This document shows, piece by piece, positions 9,227 to 20,730 of a DNA stretch of 64,000 nt (its first letter is position 1; each line of letters begins with the position of its first letter). The stretch is from a virus. Where the stretch lies: IMG/VR virus record IMGVR_UViG_2878656381_000006; one strand, given 5' to 3'. The notes below the pieces were generated by a model, which saw only the letters and a program-made list of their open reading frames with translations, was not told the origin of the DNA and ran no database searches. The position numbers and the translations under genes were made by a program.

Positions 9227-9844
9227 TTAAACCCTCGCCATATCTAAGCTGATTTGCTGATAGTTGCCGTTTTCATCGCGTTTATAAAATCGCACGTAGT
9301 CTTTACTATCAACGATTTGAATACTGTCGCTAATTGCTTGCATTGCTTTAGTCCAGCGTTCGTCTTGAATTTCTACACGACGAAGTGAAAGAATGCGCGC
9401 GGTGTTCAAATTACCTTCCTTATCCACTTGGAAAGCATCATTAATGACTGAGCGAAGCTCTGGACGCGCATCTGCTGACCATTCGTGCAAACATTCATCA
9501 ATCAGCTGTTTAGCGGCTTGAATACGCTCATCGAACGTTAAGCGGTCTTGCACTGCAATCATCAGCTTGTATTCACCGTCATAGCTCACCAGCGTGACAT
9601 TGCCTTTCCGACCGCCAAGCTGGACATCGTATTTTTCAGCTGAAAGCTGAATAAATGCGCCAATATCATCAAAGACTTGTGTTTTGAAAGCGCGGACTTC
9701 TTTTTGCTTTTCAATCGCTTGCTCAACAAAATTACGCACTAAACAGTCACGCTCTTTATCAATCTCTTTCACCATCTCATCTGGCACTAAGTTTCCTTTG
9801 ATGTTTTTCCAGTAAACTTGCCCGTTCATTTCGACTTTACTCAT
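9227..9844 (-). CDS. DUF3164-family protein
   Basis: GGRKGNVTLVSYDG and FDERIQAAKQLIDECL motifs. Confidence 0.85.
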   Translation of the reverse strand: MSKVEMNGQVYWKNIKGNLVPDEMVKEIDKERDCLVRNFVEQAIEKQKEVRAFKTQVFDDIGAFIQLSAEKYDVQLGGRKGNVTLVSYDGEYKLMIAVQDRLTFDERIQAAKQLIDECLHEWSADARPELRSVINDAFQVDKEGNLNTARILSLRRVEIQDERWTKAMQAISDSIQIVDSKDYVRFYKRDENGNYQQISLDMARV

Positions 9845-9846
9845 AT

Positions 9847-10035
9847 TTAAACCTCTTCTTTACCTAGTTTGATCACAACTAACTGTTGCCCTTTATCTCG
9901 TTTATGCACATACGGTGAACAAAGCGCATAAATTTTCTTTTTTGATATTGCTAACTTTTTTTCTAATTCTTCCGCTGTGCCGTCACCCAAATTCTTCTCT
10001 CCCCGGTAGACGGCGTAGATCTGACGGCGTTTCAT
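9847..10035 (-). CDS. Phage hypothetical protein
   Basis: YAVYRGE...GTAEEL motif; RBS. Confidence 0.6.
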   Translation of the reverse strand: MKRRQIYAVYRGEKNLGDGTAEELEKKLAISKKKIYALCSPYVHKRDKGQQLVVIKLGKEEV

Positions 10036-10043
10036 TCAACCTC

Positions 10044-10253
10044 CTACCAATACAGGCTTACGCCTTGTTCATTGGCGACGTATTTCGTCATACGTTGCCC
10101 GTTGTTATTAACTCGGACTTCTACCGACTTTTTAATGATCCGTTCACTCGGATTTAAGATAATCATCGTCGGGAAACGCCCATTTTTAATACGTAATACT
10201 TGAACCCCTTCGCGTCGTAACGCATACGCCACACGTTGCAATAATTCGCCCAT
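10044..10253 (-). CDS. Phage hypothetical protein
   Basis: ORF with RBS in the early operon. Confidence 0.55.
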   Translation of the reverse strand: MGELLQRVAYALRREGVQVLRIKNGRFPTMIILNPSERIIKKSVEVRVNNNGQRMTKYVANEQGVSLYW

Positions 10254-10269
10254 ATTTACTGTCCTTTAG

Positions 10270-10590
10270 TTATTCAGCTAATTTAAATTCCGGTGAGTGT
10301 ATTAATCGACTTGGCTCATAACGCAGTAAACTTCGTAACTTACTGTATGCATTCTTCCATGACGCTTTATCATGCCAATTTCCAACTACTCTCAATCCGT
10401 CAATATAATCTTGTTCATTGGTATTATTAGATTGTGTTAAACTCACACAAAAGCTGTAACTTACTCTCCCTACTTGAACCATTTTTATATTTTGTTTTAA
10501 TTCAATTACTTCTTTTACATACCCACGGGCTCTATTAGTCCATTTGCGGTAGTAAGCTTTTTCTCTTTTTATAAAAAACCATCTTTCCAT
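10270..10590 (-). CDS. Phage hypothetical protein
   Basis: AGGAG RBS; follows the B gene. Confidence 0.6.
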   Translation of the reverse strand: MERWFFIKREKAYYRKWTNRARGYVKEVIELKQNIKMVQVGRVSYSFCVSLTQSNNTNEQDYIDGLRVVGNWHDKASWKNAYSKLRSLLRYEPSRLIHSPEFKLAE

Positions 10591-10603
10591 CTTTTTATCT
10601 CCT

Positions 10604-11479
10604 TTAATTAATTAACATCTCTGCATAACGACTGATTAACGCCTCGTCCAGCGTGCGTTTATTAAGTTCTGCTAAACGCACCGCACCGCGCATTAACTTA
10701 TTTAAACGTCTTGCGTTACCTTTGCTTACTTTGAATAGAAGCTCGTTAAATTCGTCTGTGCCCAATCCTTTTTCTGCAAGTAACGCAACATCTTCTGCAA
10801 CAAGTGCATTACCCAGGTCACAACAGACACCAACACGACTATATAGCTGTGCAAGTTCGCCATATTTTCCTTTTAAATTCACAATCAAGCGTGGCATACC
10901 CGCAAGCACAACACCGCATTTTGTTAAATCATGAATGCGACGGATATACTCAAGACTTTTAGTGCTTAAAAGCTCGGCTTCATCGACGATAATCAAGCGA
11001 CCTTCACCGAGTTTGTTTGTGATACGCGTGAATAAATCGTGATTTAAGCCGACATCATTAATGCCTAATTGCTGGCAAAGTGTTTTCAGTAAGACTTTCG
11101 GTGAACAACTCGGCTCAACTTCGATAAAAATTGTTTCTGGGTTCATCTCAACATACTGTTTTAATGCTTTTGTTTTGCCCAAACCTGCGGCACCTACAAC
11201 CACGCTGATTTCACCTTCAATATGTGCAATCGCGATGGCGTCTAAACAGCGTTCTGCCGCATGGGTTGATACAAATTCACTGTTAAAGCGACGCTCAACC
11301 ACTTTGTCGTTGTGACGACCGATTAAGCGCGAAACGGCTTGGTCCACTTCTTCAACTTTACCGTTGTATGCGCCGCGCAAATACAGGCTGACTGTACCGA
11401 CAGATTTACCGATGGCATTTGCTACCTGTTGTTGCGTCATGCCGTTTTTTGTCATATAGTCTGCTAGTTGCTGTCTCAT
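10604..11479 (-). CDS. MuB-like AAA+ transposition ATPase
   Basis: N-terminal HTH, Walker A GAAGLGKT, Walker B IIVDEAE; start MRQQLAD. Confidence 0.93.
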   Translation of the reverse strand: MRQQLADYMTKNGMTQQQVANAIGKSVGTVSLYLRGAYNGKVEEVDQAVSRLIGRHNDKVVERRFNSEFVSTHAAERCLDAIAIAHIEGEISVVVGAAGLGKTKALKQYVEMNPETIFIEVEPSCSPKVLLKTLCQQLGINDVGLNHDLFTRITNKLGEGRLIIVDEAELLSTKSLEYIRRIHDLTKCGVVLAGMPRLIVNLKGKYGELAQLYSRVGVCCDLGNALVAEDVALLAEKGLGTDEFNELLFKVSKGNARRLNKLMRGAVRLAELNKRTLDEALISRYAEMLIN

Positions 11480-11609
11480 TTTCTTACCTCTTTTAATGGT
11501 TAAATTTATATTGATACCCAAATTTACTTACATTCTTATGTCTCAACTTTGTTAAGTTGAACTGCTCGTTACACCTTGTTATTTTGTTCACTTTCATATT
11601 TTTTATTCC

Positions 11610-13580
11610 TTACGCACGTTTCATTCTTTTTAAATCACTTGGAAATACTGCAATTTCTTCCACTTCTTCTTTCTTTTTAAGCCCGTTCATACGCAAACCG
11701 TGTAACAGCTCTGCACCTTTATTTTGTTCAATCGTAATAACGGGGTTAAGCTCTGCGTTAATCTCATCAACTTTCTCTTGCTTGCGTTTTAATCTGCCTT
11801 GCGCTCTGTCTTTACGTGCTTTTTCAACTAAGCTCATTGGGAATGCATCACGCTTATTGCCATCTAACATTGCTTCACAAACGTATGTGCCATCTTTGAG
11901 TCTGATAATCACTGAACTTGGATCGTGAATATCAATCGATACTTGGACTTGTTGACCATCAACATCTAATAGCTTCTGGCTGAAGTAGACATTGTTAAAC
12001 AAGTTAATCCAGCCTCTTTGCGCAACGCGTAAAACACTTGGTCTAAACAAGTCTCTTGCTTCAACAGCAGTGATATGAATAATCTCTGCTTTTGCGAGCA
12101 GTTCGCGCCGCTTTCTAGCTGGTGTTGTGCCAATCTCTCTATGAATGTGATGATTGTTATAGCGGTCAATCTCGACTTGCACTGCGTCGATAAACTGCTG
12201 CCATGTTGGTAACTTGCCTTTTGCCCATTTTTGTTTTTCGGTTAATTCCGTCGCGCCTTTTCTGATAGCTTTGTCTAACGAAATGACTGCAGTAGAGGTT
12301 TTACGGACTGTATCGCGGTCTGCGCCCGTTCCGTGGTATGTGTCAAACTGACGAGCGATGCGTAGTGCGATTGTTTTATTCACACGTTCAATAATGCCTC
12401 GTCCTTGCGGGTTGCCTGGAATACCTGTTTGATGATTTATCCCCAAGCGTGGCAACATCCCCGTAATGTCACCATCAAGCATCCAGTTTTTCTCACCGCC
12501 CCCGTTATCAGAGTAGTAGATAGCGGGAATGCCGTGGTTTTCCACGCCGTGACGAATTGCATCAGCGACTGCTAAAGCGTTTTCTGAAAGACTGACAGAC
12601 CAACCGACGATGAAACGACTTGGCGCATCCATTACCATTGTGAGTTCTGGAATAAACGGTCGACCATGGTCTGGGTGTTGCACTTTCATCTTCATTGAAT
12701 GACCGTCGCCGACCCAGACGTCATTAGCTAACAAGCAAGACCAGTCACGCTTAACGTACGTCTGCAATGCGCGCATTTCTGCGCCTGTTTTACGTCCGAT
12801 TTCTTTGATGTGGCGTGGTAATTTGCTTAAAGCTCTACGTACGCGGTCAATGCTCGGGAGCAAGGCAAGGCGGAGTGGCTGATCTGCAAATTCCATTTGC
12901 CATTTATGGGCAAACTCAACATAAGCTTCTGCAACAGAGACGCCATTAGTGTTGCGATAAATCGCCAAGAAATTAGGTAACCATGCAATATCTTCCACGC
13001 GATCTGCCTTGCGCTGGCTCGGTACTAACGCTTTTAAGCGTTCTTCTGGTGTTTTGGCTTTTTCGTAAGCCAGCACCCAGCCGTAGAGCGTTCTATGTGA
13101 AAGCACACGACCACAGTTATTACCGTTCTTACAGTTAGCACGCTCAACAAGTGCCATCACCTCATCGGGCAATTGCCCAGATTTAGCAGAGTTGCAGATA
13201 AACTTAATCGCAGCATCACGACTTTGTACTTGTTCCAAATTTTGGACATAAGCGACCAAAGCCATGCGTGCATCTGCGATTTCACGCTGTTTAGAAGTGA
13301 TGTTATTAAGATCGATTTGTTTAACTGCAGGTAAGGTTGGTTTGCGTTGAACAATTGATTCAGTAAATTTGCTATAAACTTCGCTTTGAATTTCTTTTGG
13401 TAAAGATGCAAGTGCAAATTCACTTCCACCACCTCGCGCAACTCTTTTTTGACTTTCCCAACCTTGTTTTTTAGCTTGATAAATAATTCCTTGCACTGAA
13501 TTAGGTAAACAGGATAAACTTAATTCAAGTAGTTCTTTTGCTGAATAGTGCGTTTTTAAGCTGTTGGTACTCATAAACAA
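11610..13580 (-). CDS. MuA-like DDE transposase
   Basis: Mu DNA-binding N-terminus; WVGDGH, YSDNGGG and GRGIIER motifs. Confidence 0.95.
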   Translation of the reverse strand: MFMSTNSLKTHYSAKELLELSLSCLPNSVQGIIYQAKKQGWESQKRVARGGGSEFALASLPKEIQSEVYSKFTESIVQRKPTLPAVKQIDLNNITSKQREIADARMALVAYVQNLEQVQSRDAAIKFICNSAKSGQLPDEVMALVERANCKNGNNCGRVLSHRTLYGWVLAYEKAKTPEERLKALVPSQRKADRVEDIAWLPNFLAIYRNTNGVSVAEAYVEFAHKWQMEFADQPLRLALLPSIDRVRRALSKLPRHIKEIGRKTGAEMRALQTYVKRDWSCLLANDVWVGDGHSMKMKVQHPDHGRPFIPELTMVMDAPSRFIVGWSVSLSENALAVADAIRHGVENHGIPAIYYSDNGGGEKNWMLDGDITGMLPRLGINHQTGIPGNPQGRGIIERVNKTIALRIARQFDTYHGTGADRDTVRKTSTAVISLDKAIRKGATELTEKQKWAKGKLPTWQQFIDAVQVEIDRYNNHHIHREIGTTPARKRRELLAKAEIIHITAVEARDLFRPSVLRVAQRGWINLFNNVYFSQKLLDVDGQQVQVSIDIHDPSSVIIRLKDGTYVCEAMLDGNKRDAFPMSLVEKARKDRAQGRLKRKQEKVDEINAELNPVITIEQNKGAELLHGLRMNGLKKKEEVEEIAVFPSDLKRMKRA

Positions 13581-13592
13581 CCTTTTTTAGAC

Positions 13593-13856
13593 TTATCTAT
13601 CGGCAAATTTTTTATTGTTACGTTGCTCATAACGCGATGCCCATATAATTTCAGCGGGGACGCCAATAGCTTCAGCTATAATGCGTTCTCCTTTTAACCA
13701 CGGGCGGTCTAGTGCGTTTTTTAACGTACTACCATTGCTATAACCATGCTTTAAAGAAAGTTGGCGTAATGACCAACCTTTTTTTGCTAATGCAGCTTTG
13801 ATGTCTTCACGGTGCCAATCAACAGCTGTTTTTTTAGTTTCGTTTAATGTCCTCAT
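13593..13856 (-). CDS. ner: Ner-like DNA-binding protein
   Basis: DWHREDIKAALAKKGWSLRQLS...ERIIAEAIG...IW.SRY. Confidence 0.9.
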   Translation of the reverse strand: MRTLNETKKTAVDWHREDIKAALAKKGWSLRQLSLKHGYSNGSTLKNALDRPWLKGERIIAEAIGVPAEIIWASRYEQRNNKKFADR

Positions 13857-14054
13857 TAGATAACCCTCTTAATTAATCTAATGAGGATAATAAACCATAA
13901 AAACAATCAATTCAACCTTAAAAACACTTTTTTTAAAGTTGTTTGATTAATGTTTGTTTATTGTTTTAAAGGTTTTTATCCCTATATAATTGAAATTATT
14001 AGGTTTATTTAAACTTTAAAAACATTAAAAAATCAAAAGGTATTTTTTAAAGTT

Positions 14055-14747
14055 ATGCGAATTAAGTTTAAAAACAACTCGTCGATTGGAAATCGAATTA
14101 GAGAGTTGAGGGAACAAAAAAAAATCTCAAGAAATGCTATGGCGGAAAAGTTAAGTCTTTCTTTATCTGCATTGCAAAATTGGGAAACAAACCAAACAGA
14201 GCCACAAGCGTCAATGATTATTACTTTGGCTAAAGAGCTAGGTGTATCTCCTAACTATTTATTAACAGGGGAAGACATTTCAGAAAGGATTTTGCATGTA
14301 AAATCAGAGTCACCTGATGAGATGGATGGAGAATTTGAATGGATCGATGATTGTCGTGATGTGATGGTAACGGCGGGCTATGGTGGTATAAATGGCGATT
14401 ACCCAAATATAAAGAAAACCAAGATAGAAAAGTCATGGTTACTCGCTAGAGGTTTTAAAGCGAAAGATTGTGGTATGTATAAAGTCTTTGGCAATAGCAT
14501 GGATAGTACATTGAAAGATGAAGAAGATATCATCGTTCACCACCCAAGCAAAACATTGATTGATGGACAAATATTTATCTTAAATAATAAAGGTGCAGTA
14601 TTAGTTAAAAGGGTACAGCTCACATTCAATGGAATTGTTTTAATTAGCGATAACAAGAGAGAATACCAACCGATCCAACTCACCATGGAGGAAGCAAATG
14701 ATTTGATTGTGATTGGTCGTGTTGTTCGTGGCTATCGTGACTTCTAA
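14055..14747 (+). CDS. Prophage repressor (XRE HTH + S24 peptidase)
   Basis: HTH, AG cleavage site, GNSM and VKR motifs; divergent from ner. Confidence 0.92.
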   Translation: MRIKFKNNSSIGNRIRELREQKKISRNAMAEKLSLSLSALQNWETNQTEPQASMIITLAKELGVSPNYLLTGEDISERILHVKSESPDEMDGEFEWIDDCRDVMVTAGYGGINGDYPNIKKTKIEKSWLLARGFKAKDCGMYKVFGNSMDSTLKDEEDIIVHHPSKTLIDGQIFILNNKGAVLVKRVQLTFNGIVLISDNKREYQPIQLTMEEANDLIVIGRVVRGYRDF

Positions 14748-14770
14748 CGCATAAGCTAACGCACAAGTAG

Positions 14771-15031
14771 TGCAAACATAAAATAAAAAACGGTTTTTAA
14801 AAACTCGTTTAAAAAGTTTTAAAAACCGTTTAAAAAGGATCTAAACCCTGCCCATTATCTGCAAATAAAAACGCATTTTTTAACTATTTTTGACCATTTT
14901 TTAAAATTGTATTATTTGCATAATTCACCAGCCGAAAACCACGCCAATCCCGCGCCAACATTGACTTTGCGTAATTTTTTTCACGCCAAATTTTTTTCTT
15001 TTAACTATGCAAATATTGTCACTACCTCACA
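14771..15031. repeat. Prophage 1 left end with repeated TGCAAA/TTTGCR motifs (putative transposase sites)
   Basis: Motif at 14771, 14860, 14913 (inverted), 14965 (inverted) and 15008; terminal CA at 15030-15031. Confidence 0.65.
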
Positions 15032-15732
15032 CTGGGTTATTAGCCAAATTGCCACAATTAAAAGTGGTCAGTTTAAATATTCAACCGCAACATGCCGCCA
15101 TTTTAGAAGGGGAAAAAGAGATTTTTCTCACGGAACAACACACGCTAGAAGAGTGTTTTAATCAGATTCCGTTATTCATTCGCCCACAAGGCTTTTTCCA
15201 AACCAATCCACAAGTAGCACAAGGGCTATATGGCACTGCGCAACATTGGGTACAAGAGCTACCCGTTCACAGGCTATGGGATTTATTTTGTGGTGTTGGA
15301 GGTTTTGGCTTACATTGTGCACAAGCCTTACAAGCCCAATACCCTGATCGCATAATTCAATTAACCGGTATTGAGATTTCCGCCTCAGCCATTGAAGCCG
15401 CAACACTCTCGGCACAAAAATTAGGCTTAAAACAGGTAAAGTTTCAATCTTTAGATGCTAAACATTTCGCCTTAGCACAATCTCCCGCGGCACAAGACGA
15501 CACACCCGAACTTGTGATCGTTAACCCTCCTCGTCGCGGCATTGGTATAGAACTGGCACAATTTCTCAATCAACTCGCACCACACTTTATTTTGTATTCC
15601 AGTTGTAATGCAGAAACCATGGGAAAAGATATCCTCCACTTGAGCGATTATCAACTGAAAAAAGTACAGTTATTTGATATGTTCCCACATACTTCTCATT
15701 ATGAAGTGCTGTGTTTACTTGAACGAAAATAA
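15032..15732 (+). pseudogene. rlmC: 3' fragment of 23S rRNA m5U747 methyltransferase, interrupted by prophage 1
   Basis: [35 protein letters not shown] and DMFPHT motifs; N-terminal part absent. Confidence 0.9.
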
Positions 15733-15776
15733 ATGTGTTTATCTGTCTTACAAGACCGATTTTTTAAGGACATAAA

Positions 15777-15802
15777 AAAACGGTGGAGTCTTCCACCGTT
15801 TT
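15777..15802. terminator. Bidirectional terminator between rlmC and pfkA
   Basis: AAAACGGTGGA-gtct-TCCACCGTTTT. Confidence 0.8.
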
Positions 15803-15824
15803 CCCTTCAATATCATTCAACAGA

Positions 15825-16790
15825 TTAGTCTAAACGTTTTGATAATGCTAACCAATCCGCTTTAAATTCACGGCGCATATTGTTGATTGCATCAATAATA
15901 TCGTGGTGAACTAATTGTTCATTTTGAATACCAACGCAATAGCCCCCTTTACCTTGCATTAATAAATCAACCGCATAAACGCCCATACGTGAACCTAAAA
16001 TACGGTCAAATGCGCAAGGCGTACCGCCACGTTGAATATGACCTAAAATGGTAGCACGGGTTTCATGTTTCACACGCGATTCAATTTCACGGGCTAATTC
16101 ATTCACATCACAAATTAACTCAGTAATTGCAATAATGGCATGACGTTTACCTTTGATAATACTGCGCTCAATCTGTTGAATTAACTCTTCACGGTTAAAT
16201 TCTACTTCCGATGCCACAATATACTCACAACCACCAGCAATACCCGCTGAAATAGCTAAATCACTACAATGACGTCCCATGATTTCAACAATCGAAATAC
16301 GTTGGTGCGAGCTTGAGGTATCGCGTAAACGGTCAATGGCTTCGACGGCTGTCTGTAATGCGGTTTGATAACCGATAGTGTAGTCTGTCCCTGCCACATC
16401 GTTATCAATCGTACCCGGGATACCGACACAAGGGAAACCATGTTCTTCCGTCAGTAATTTTGCCCCCATGTAAGAACCGTCCCCACCAATCACCACAAGT
16501 GCATCAATACCATGGGAACGTAAAATTTCAGCACATTTAGCGCGAACCGCAGGATCTTTAAATTCAGGAAAACGCGCCGATCCTAAAAAAGTACCGCCGC
16601 GGTTAATAATGTCGGAAACACTATAACGGGTCATTTGTTTCACTTTATTATGATATAACCCATAATAGCCTTCATAAATACCGTATACTTCTAATCCTGC
16701 CGCAAGTGCTGAACGAACCACGCCGCGAATGGCGGCATTCATGCCCGGTGCGTCACCACCACTGGTTAATACTGCTATTTTTTTTATCAT
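15825..16790 (-). CDS. pfkA: 6-phosphofructokinase
   Basis: [21 protein letters not shown]. Confidence 0.98.
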
Positions 16791-16884
16791 ATATTAAACC
16801 TTCTAAATAAAAATGAATCCAAAATCGTCGCTAAGATTACACTATTCATACAAACTGCTCTAGCAAAATTTATGAAAAATCCTA

Positions 16885-17799
16885 CTACATTTGATCTAGC
16901 TTAGCATTTTCTAATTTTTCAGCTTGTACTACGCTTGTTGGCTCATGATGAATCACGATATCGACTCGCGCAAACGCCTGACGAAGTCGTTGTTCAAGTT
17001 GTTCGGTAATATCGTGTGCTTCTAAAAAAGACAAATGATCATCGAGCTCTAAATCAAACTGGACAAAGCGAATGGCGCCTGACTGACGAGTACGCAAATC
17101 ATGAAACCCTAGAATACGTTTATCTGACAAAATGATTTGTTCGATTTGACGAATTTCTGCTTCAGGTAACGCTCGATCCAACAGTAATTGTACCGCTTCA
17201 AATAACATTTTTAGTGCACTGACCAAAATATAAACCGCAATGATAATTGCCCCAATTGCATCCGCCAGAATAAAATCAAACGCAGTGAACACGAGAGAAA
17301 TTAAAATCGCTACATTCATGTAGATATCAGTTTGGTAATGTAAACGATCCGCTTTAATCGCCGGACTACCCGTTTTATGAATAATGCGACTTTGGTAATA
17401 CACTAACGCGGAAGTGATCACAATCGAAAACCAAATGACGGCAATCCCTAGAGTTTGATTGGTTAACGGTTGAGGATCATTAAAACGATGAATCCCTTGC
17501 AGGAGGAGAAAAACCGCGGAGCCAGAGATAAAGGCGCTTTGAATTAATGAAGCAAGAGATTCCGCCTTACCATGACCAAATGAGTGATTATCATCTGCTG
17601 GCATTAAGGCAAAACGTAAAATCAGCATATTTAAAAAGGAAGCCGCTAAATCCAAGGTGGAATCAACAATAGATGCCAACATGCTCACAGAGCCTGTTTC
17701 CCACCATGCAAATCCCTTCACCAGAATCAACATTAAAGCAGTATAGACCGCACAATTTGCCGCTTTTTTCACTTGTGAAGAATAGCTTTTTTCTTCCAT
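16885..17799 (-). CDS. fieF: CDF-family cation efflux transporter
   Basis: PADDNHSFGHGKAESL, ADRLHYQTD. Confidence 0.92.
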   Translation of the reverse strand: MEEKSYSSQVKKAANCAVYTALMLILVKGFAWWETGSVSMLASIVDSTLDLAASFLNMLILRFALMPADDNHSFGHGKAESLASLIQSAFISGSAVFLLLQGIHRFNDPQPLTNQTLGIAVIWFSIVITSALVYYQSRIIHKTGSPAIKADRLHYQTDIYMNVAILISLVFTAFDFILADAIGAIIIAVYILVSALKMLFEAVQLLLDRALPEAEIRQIEQIILSDKRILGFHDLRTRQSGAIRFVQFDLELDDHLSFLEAHDITEQLEQRLRQAFARVDIVIHHEPTSVVQAEKLENAKLDQM

Positions 17800-18366
17800 C
17801 TATGCACACATCCATTGCCAAGCCACTTGTTTAATGTGCTTCATTTCTTTCTCTACTACATACTTTTTCAAATAACGAATCACTTTTTCATTTTTCATGT
17901 GGCGCAATTTTTTGCTTTTCGGAATCTTTAATGAATATTGGTATTGCACAAATCCACAGCCCGCAATGCCTTTTCCTTTTGCTACATCGACTTGCCAATC
18001 ATTATTTTTCACTGTCGGTTCATAAATGACAAAAGAATACAGGGTTTCCTGTTGTTGCTGTAATTTAAAATGTTTGACCCCAGTATTTTTATAGACACGT
18101 TGACGCAATGCGATACGATCATCTAAGCTGACTTGCATGGGATTACGATCAAATAACAATTCCACCGCACTTTTCCAATTTTCTACACTTTCCCCTTCTT
18201 CTAAATAAAAGAAACGGGCAAGATTCCCCAAATCTTGTTGCGTGGCTAAAGTATAGGTGTGTTGATTATGGGTAATCTGCTGCGGTGCCACTAATTGCGG
18301 TTTGCTGGCACAGCCTGAAAGTAACAGCCCAATCAGTGCAGTTAATATGAAGAGAATTTTTTGCAT
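17800..18366 (-). CDS. Lipoprotein
   Basis: Lipobox LSGC after start MQKILF. Confidence 0.8.
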   Translation of the reverse strand: MQKILFILTALIGLLLSGCASKPQLVAPQQITHNQHTYTLATQQDLGNLARFFYLEEGESVENWKSAVELLFDRNPMQVSLDDRIALRQRVYKNTGVKHFKLQQQQETLYSFVIYEPTVKNNDWQVDVAKGKGIAGCGFVQYQYSLKIPKSKKLRHMKNEKVIRYLKKYVVEKEMKHIKQVAWQWMCA

Positions 18367-18367
18367 A

Positions 18368-19144
18368 CTATTCCGCCACATCACGTTTAAATACGAACTC
18401 GGTTTCACTTGAACTCGTTGGATCAAACCAATACCCGCCTAAATCAAACTCTTTTAATTGTTCCACCTCGCTTAAACGATTTTGAATAATATAGCGACAC
18501 ATTAAACCGCGTGCTTTTTTGGCATAGAAACTGATGACTTTGTATTTGCCATTTTTATTATCTAAAAACACAGGCTTAATGATCCTTGCATTCAATTGGC
18601 TTTCTTTTACTGATTTATAATATTCATCCGAGGCTAAATTCACTAAAACATTATCGCCCTGTGCCTCGATCGCTTGCTGTAAAGTATCGGTAATCACATT
18701 TCCCCAAAAAGCATAAAGATCTTTCCCTTTGCTATTCACCAGTTTTGTCCCCATTTCCAAACGGTAAGGTTGCATGAGATCAAGTGGCTTTAATAAACCA
18801 TACAAGCCGGACAACATACGTAAATGTTGTTGGGCAAATAACACATCCTGCTGCGATAAACTTTCAACGTCTAATCCGGTATATACATCGCCTTTAAACG
18901 CATAAATTGCCGCGCGAGAGTTTTGTTCCGTATGCGCTTTTTGCCACTCTGCAAAGCGGGCAAAATTTAAGCCAGCTAACTTGTCGCTAATCGACATCAA
19001 CGAGCCGATCTCCGCAGGCGAAAGCTGACGGCAGACATCAATTAATTGGGCGCTATACTCTGTTAACTGCGGTTGAGAAAATTCAAATTTTGGTACCGCA
19101 CTTTCAAAATCTAAGGTTTTGGCTGGAGAAATAATGGCTAACAT
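18368..19144 (-). CDS. yaaA: Peroxide stress protein YaaA
   Basis: [25 protein letters not shown]. Confidence 0.95.
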   Translation of the reverse strand: MLAIISPAKTLDFESAVPKFEFSQPQLTEYSAQLIDVCRQLSPAEIGSLMSISDKLAGLNFARFAEWQKAHTEQNSRAAIYAFKGDVYTGLDVESLSQQDVLFAQQHLRMLSGLYGLLKPLDLMQPYRLEMGTKLVNSKGKDLYAFWGNVITDTLQQAIEAQGDNVLVNLASDEYYKSVKESQLNARIIKPVFLDNKNGKYKVISFYAKKARGLMCRYIIQNRLSEVEQLKEFDLGGYWFDPTSSSETEFVFKRDVAE

Positions 19145-19171
19145 AATGTTCTTTCCTGAATAACGTTGAGA

Positions 19172-19840
19172 TTAAAGCGAAGCTAATTGCCATTGAATTG
19201 GCGATAGCCCTTGCGCCATTAGATAGGCATTGGTTTTGGAAAAATGACGACAACCTAAAAAACCACGATGGGCAGAGAGTGGCGAAGGATGTGGCGCAGT
19301 GAAGACGCAATGTTTTTGCCGATCAATAAATTGCCCTTTTTTCTGTGCATGGCTCCCCCAAAGCAAAAACACCAACTTCTCACGTTGTGCATTTAAGGCT
19401 GCTATCACACGATCAGTAAAAGTTTCCCAACCAAAACTAGCATGCGAATGTGCTTTGCCTTGTTCTACCGTTAACACAGTATTTAACAGCAAAACCCCTT
19501 GTTCCGCCCAAGGCACTAAGTAGCCATGATTGGGGATCTGAAAGCCTTCAATATCTTGTGTTAATTCTTTATACATATTCATCAAGGAAGGCGGTGGTAC
19601 CACACCTGGTTTAACAGAAAACGCCAACCCATGTGCTTGATTGGGACCATGATAAGGATCTTGACCAATAATCACCACTTTTACAGCTTCAAATTCAGTC
19701 AACTGAAAAGCACTAAACACCTCTTGCGGGGGAGGATAGACAATTTTACCTGATGCTCTAGCCTGATGAACCTGATCTAAAATATGTTTAAAATAAGGTT
19801 GTGTTTTCTCAGTACCAATCACATCTTTCCACGTCTTCAT
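19172..19840 (-). CDS. ung: Uracil-DNA glycosylase
   Basis: GQDPYH, LLLN, HPSPLS. Confidence 0.98.
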   Translation of the reverse strand: MKTWKDVIGTEKTQPYFKHILDQVHQARASGKIVYPPPQEVFSAFQLTEFEAVKVVIIGQDPYHGPNQAHGLAFSVKPGVVPPPSLMNMYKELTQDIEGFQIPNHGYLVPWAEQGVLLLNTVLTVEQGKAHSHASFGWETFTDRVIAALNAQREKLVFLLWGSHAQKKGQFIDRQKHCVFTAPHPSPLSAHRGFLGCRHFSKTNAYLMAQGLSPIQWQLASL

Positions 19841-19976
19841 TTTTTCCTCCAATTATTGAGTTTCCGATTATAAAGAACTTCCTATAAAATTGACAGTTAT
19901 TGCATGCAGATTGTTAAATAAATGTTTATTTATTGTTAAATAAAAGATGTTTAAAATCATAACGTTACAACATTTA

Positions 19977-20032
19977 TTGATCTAAATCAAAATTTGAAAA
20001 TTAACCTATAAAAACCCTTTGTTCTAGGTCAA
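19977..20032 (+). promoter_or_regulatory. Tandem FNR boxes upstream of grcA
   Basis: Perfect TTGAT-CTAA-ATCAA at 19977-19990; degenerate TTGTT-CTAG-GTCAA at 20019-20032. Confidence 0.8.
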
Positions 20033-20115
20033 AACGATTTGAAATCATCAAAAATTTTGATAAAATTCTGACCAATTTACACTGATTAACAAATCGCCAA
20101 CTTAGGAGGCAGACA

Positions 20116-20499
20116 ATGATTAAAGGTATTCAAATTACCCAAGCGGCTAATGACAATTTATTAAACTCATTTTGGTTATTAGATAGCGAAAAAGGTGAAG
20201 CGCGTTGTTTATGTGCTAAAGGTGACTTCGTTGAAGATCAAATCGTTGCAGTAAGTGAATTAGGTCAAATCGAATATCGCGAATTACCAGTTGATATCGC
20301 CCCAACAGTCAAAGTAGAAGGTGGTCAACACTTAAACGTTAACGTATTACGCCGCGAAACCTTAGAAGATGCGGTCAATAATCCAGAAAAATACCCACAA
20401 TTAACAATCCGTGTTTCAGGTTACGCTGTACGTTTCAACTCATTAACACCTGAACAACAACGTGATGTGATTACTCGTACATTCACACAAAGTCTATAA
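20116..20499 (+). CDS. grcA: Autonomous glycyl radical cofactor
   Basis: [13 protein letters not shown]. Confidence 0.97.
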   Translation: MIKGIQITQAANDNLLNSFWLLDSEKGEARCLCAKGDFVEDQIVAVSELGQIEYRELPVDIAPTVKVEGGQHLNVNVLRRETLEDAVNNPEKYPQLTIRVSGYAVRFNSLTPEQQRDVITRTFTQSL

Positions 20500-20521
20500 T
20501 TGGCATCCATTTACCTCTTAA

Positions 20522-20554
20522 AAAAACACCTCGAGATAAAAACGAGGTGTTTTT
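20522..20554 (+). terminator. Terminator after grcA
   Basis: AAAAACACCTCG / CGAGGTGTTTTT. Confidence 0.8.
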
Positions 20555-20730
20555 GTTTTTGCACAGCCATTTCTGTGCCCTCACTTGACTTCATAAAGAG
20601 CAGTGCTTGAGATAAAAAATTTACACCAATTTCAGTGCGCGTTTACGCTATTGCTAGCGAATTCATCAATATTCAGGTAAAATCTGGCAGTTTAACTTTA
20701 TCCAATTTTTATACATAAATTGATTTTCAT

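Larger units (their letters stand above)
1..15031 (-). mobile_element. Mu-like transposable prophage 1 (left half; continues beyond position 1)
   Basis: Mu gene order c/ner/A/B/semi-essential/gemA/mor/lysis/terminase. The terminal ...CTCACA at 15031 abuts rlmC coding sequence. Confidence 0.95.

Noticed and set aside
14788..14831. Long inverted repeat after the repressor as a separate mobile element
   Set aside because: More simply a terminator or part of the prophage end; no target duplication or ORF.
15007..15732. 241-aa ORF as a complete gene
   Set aside because: The first 8 codons are prophage end sequence; the rest is a truncated rlmC.
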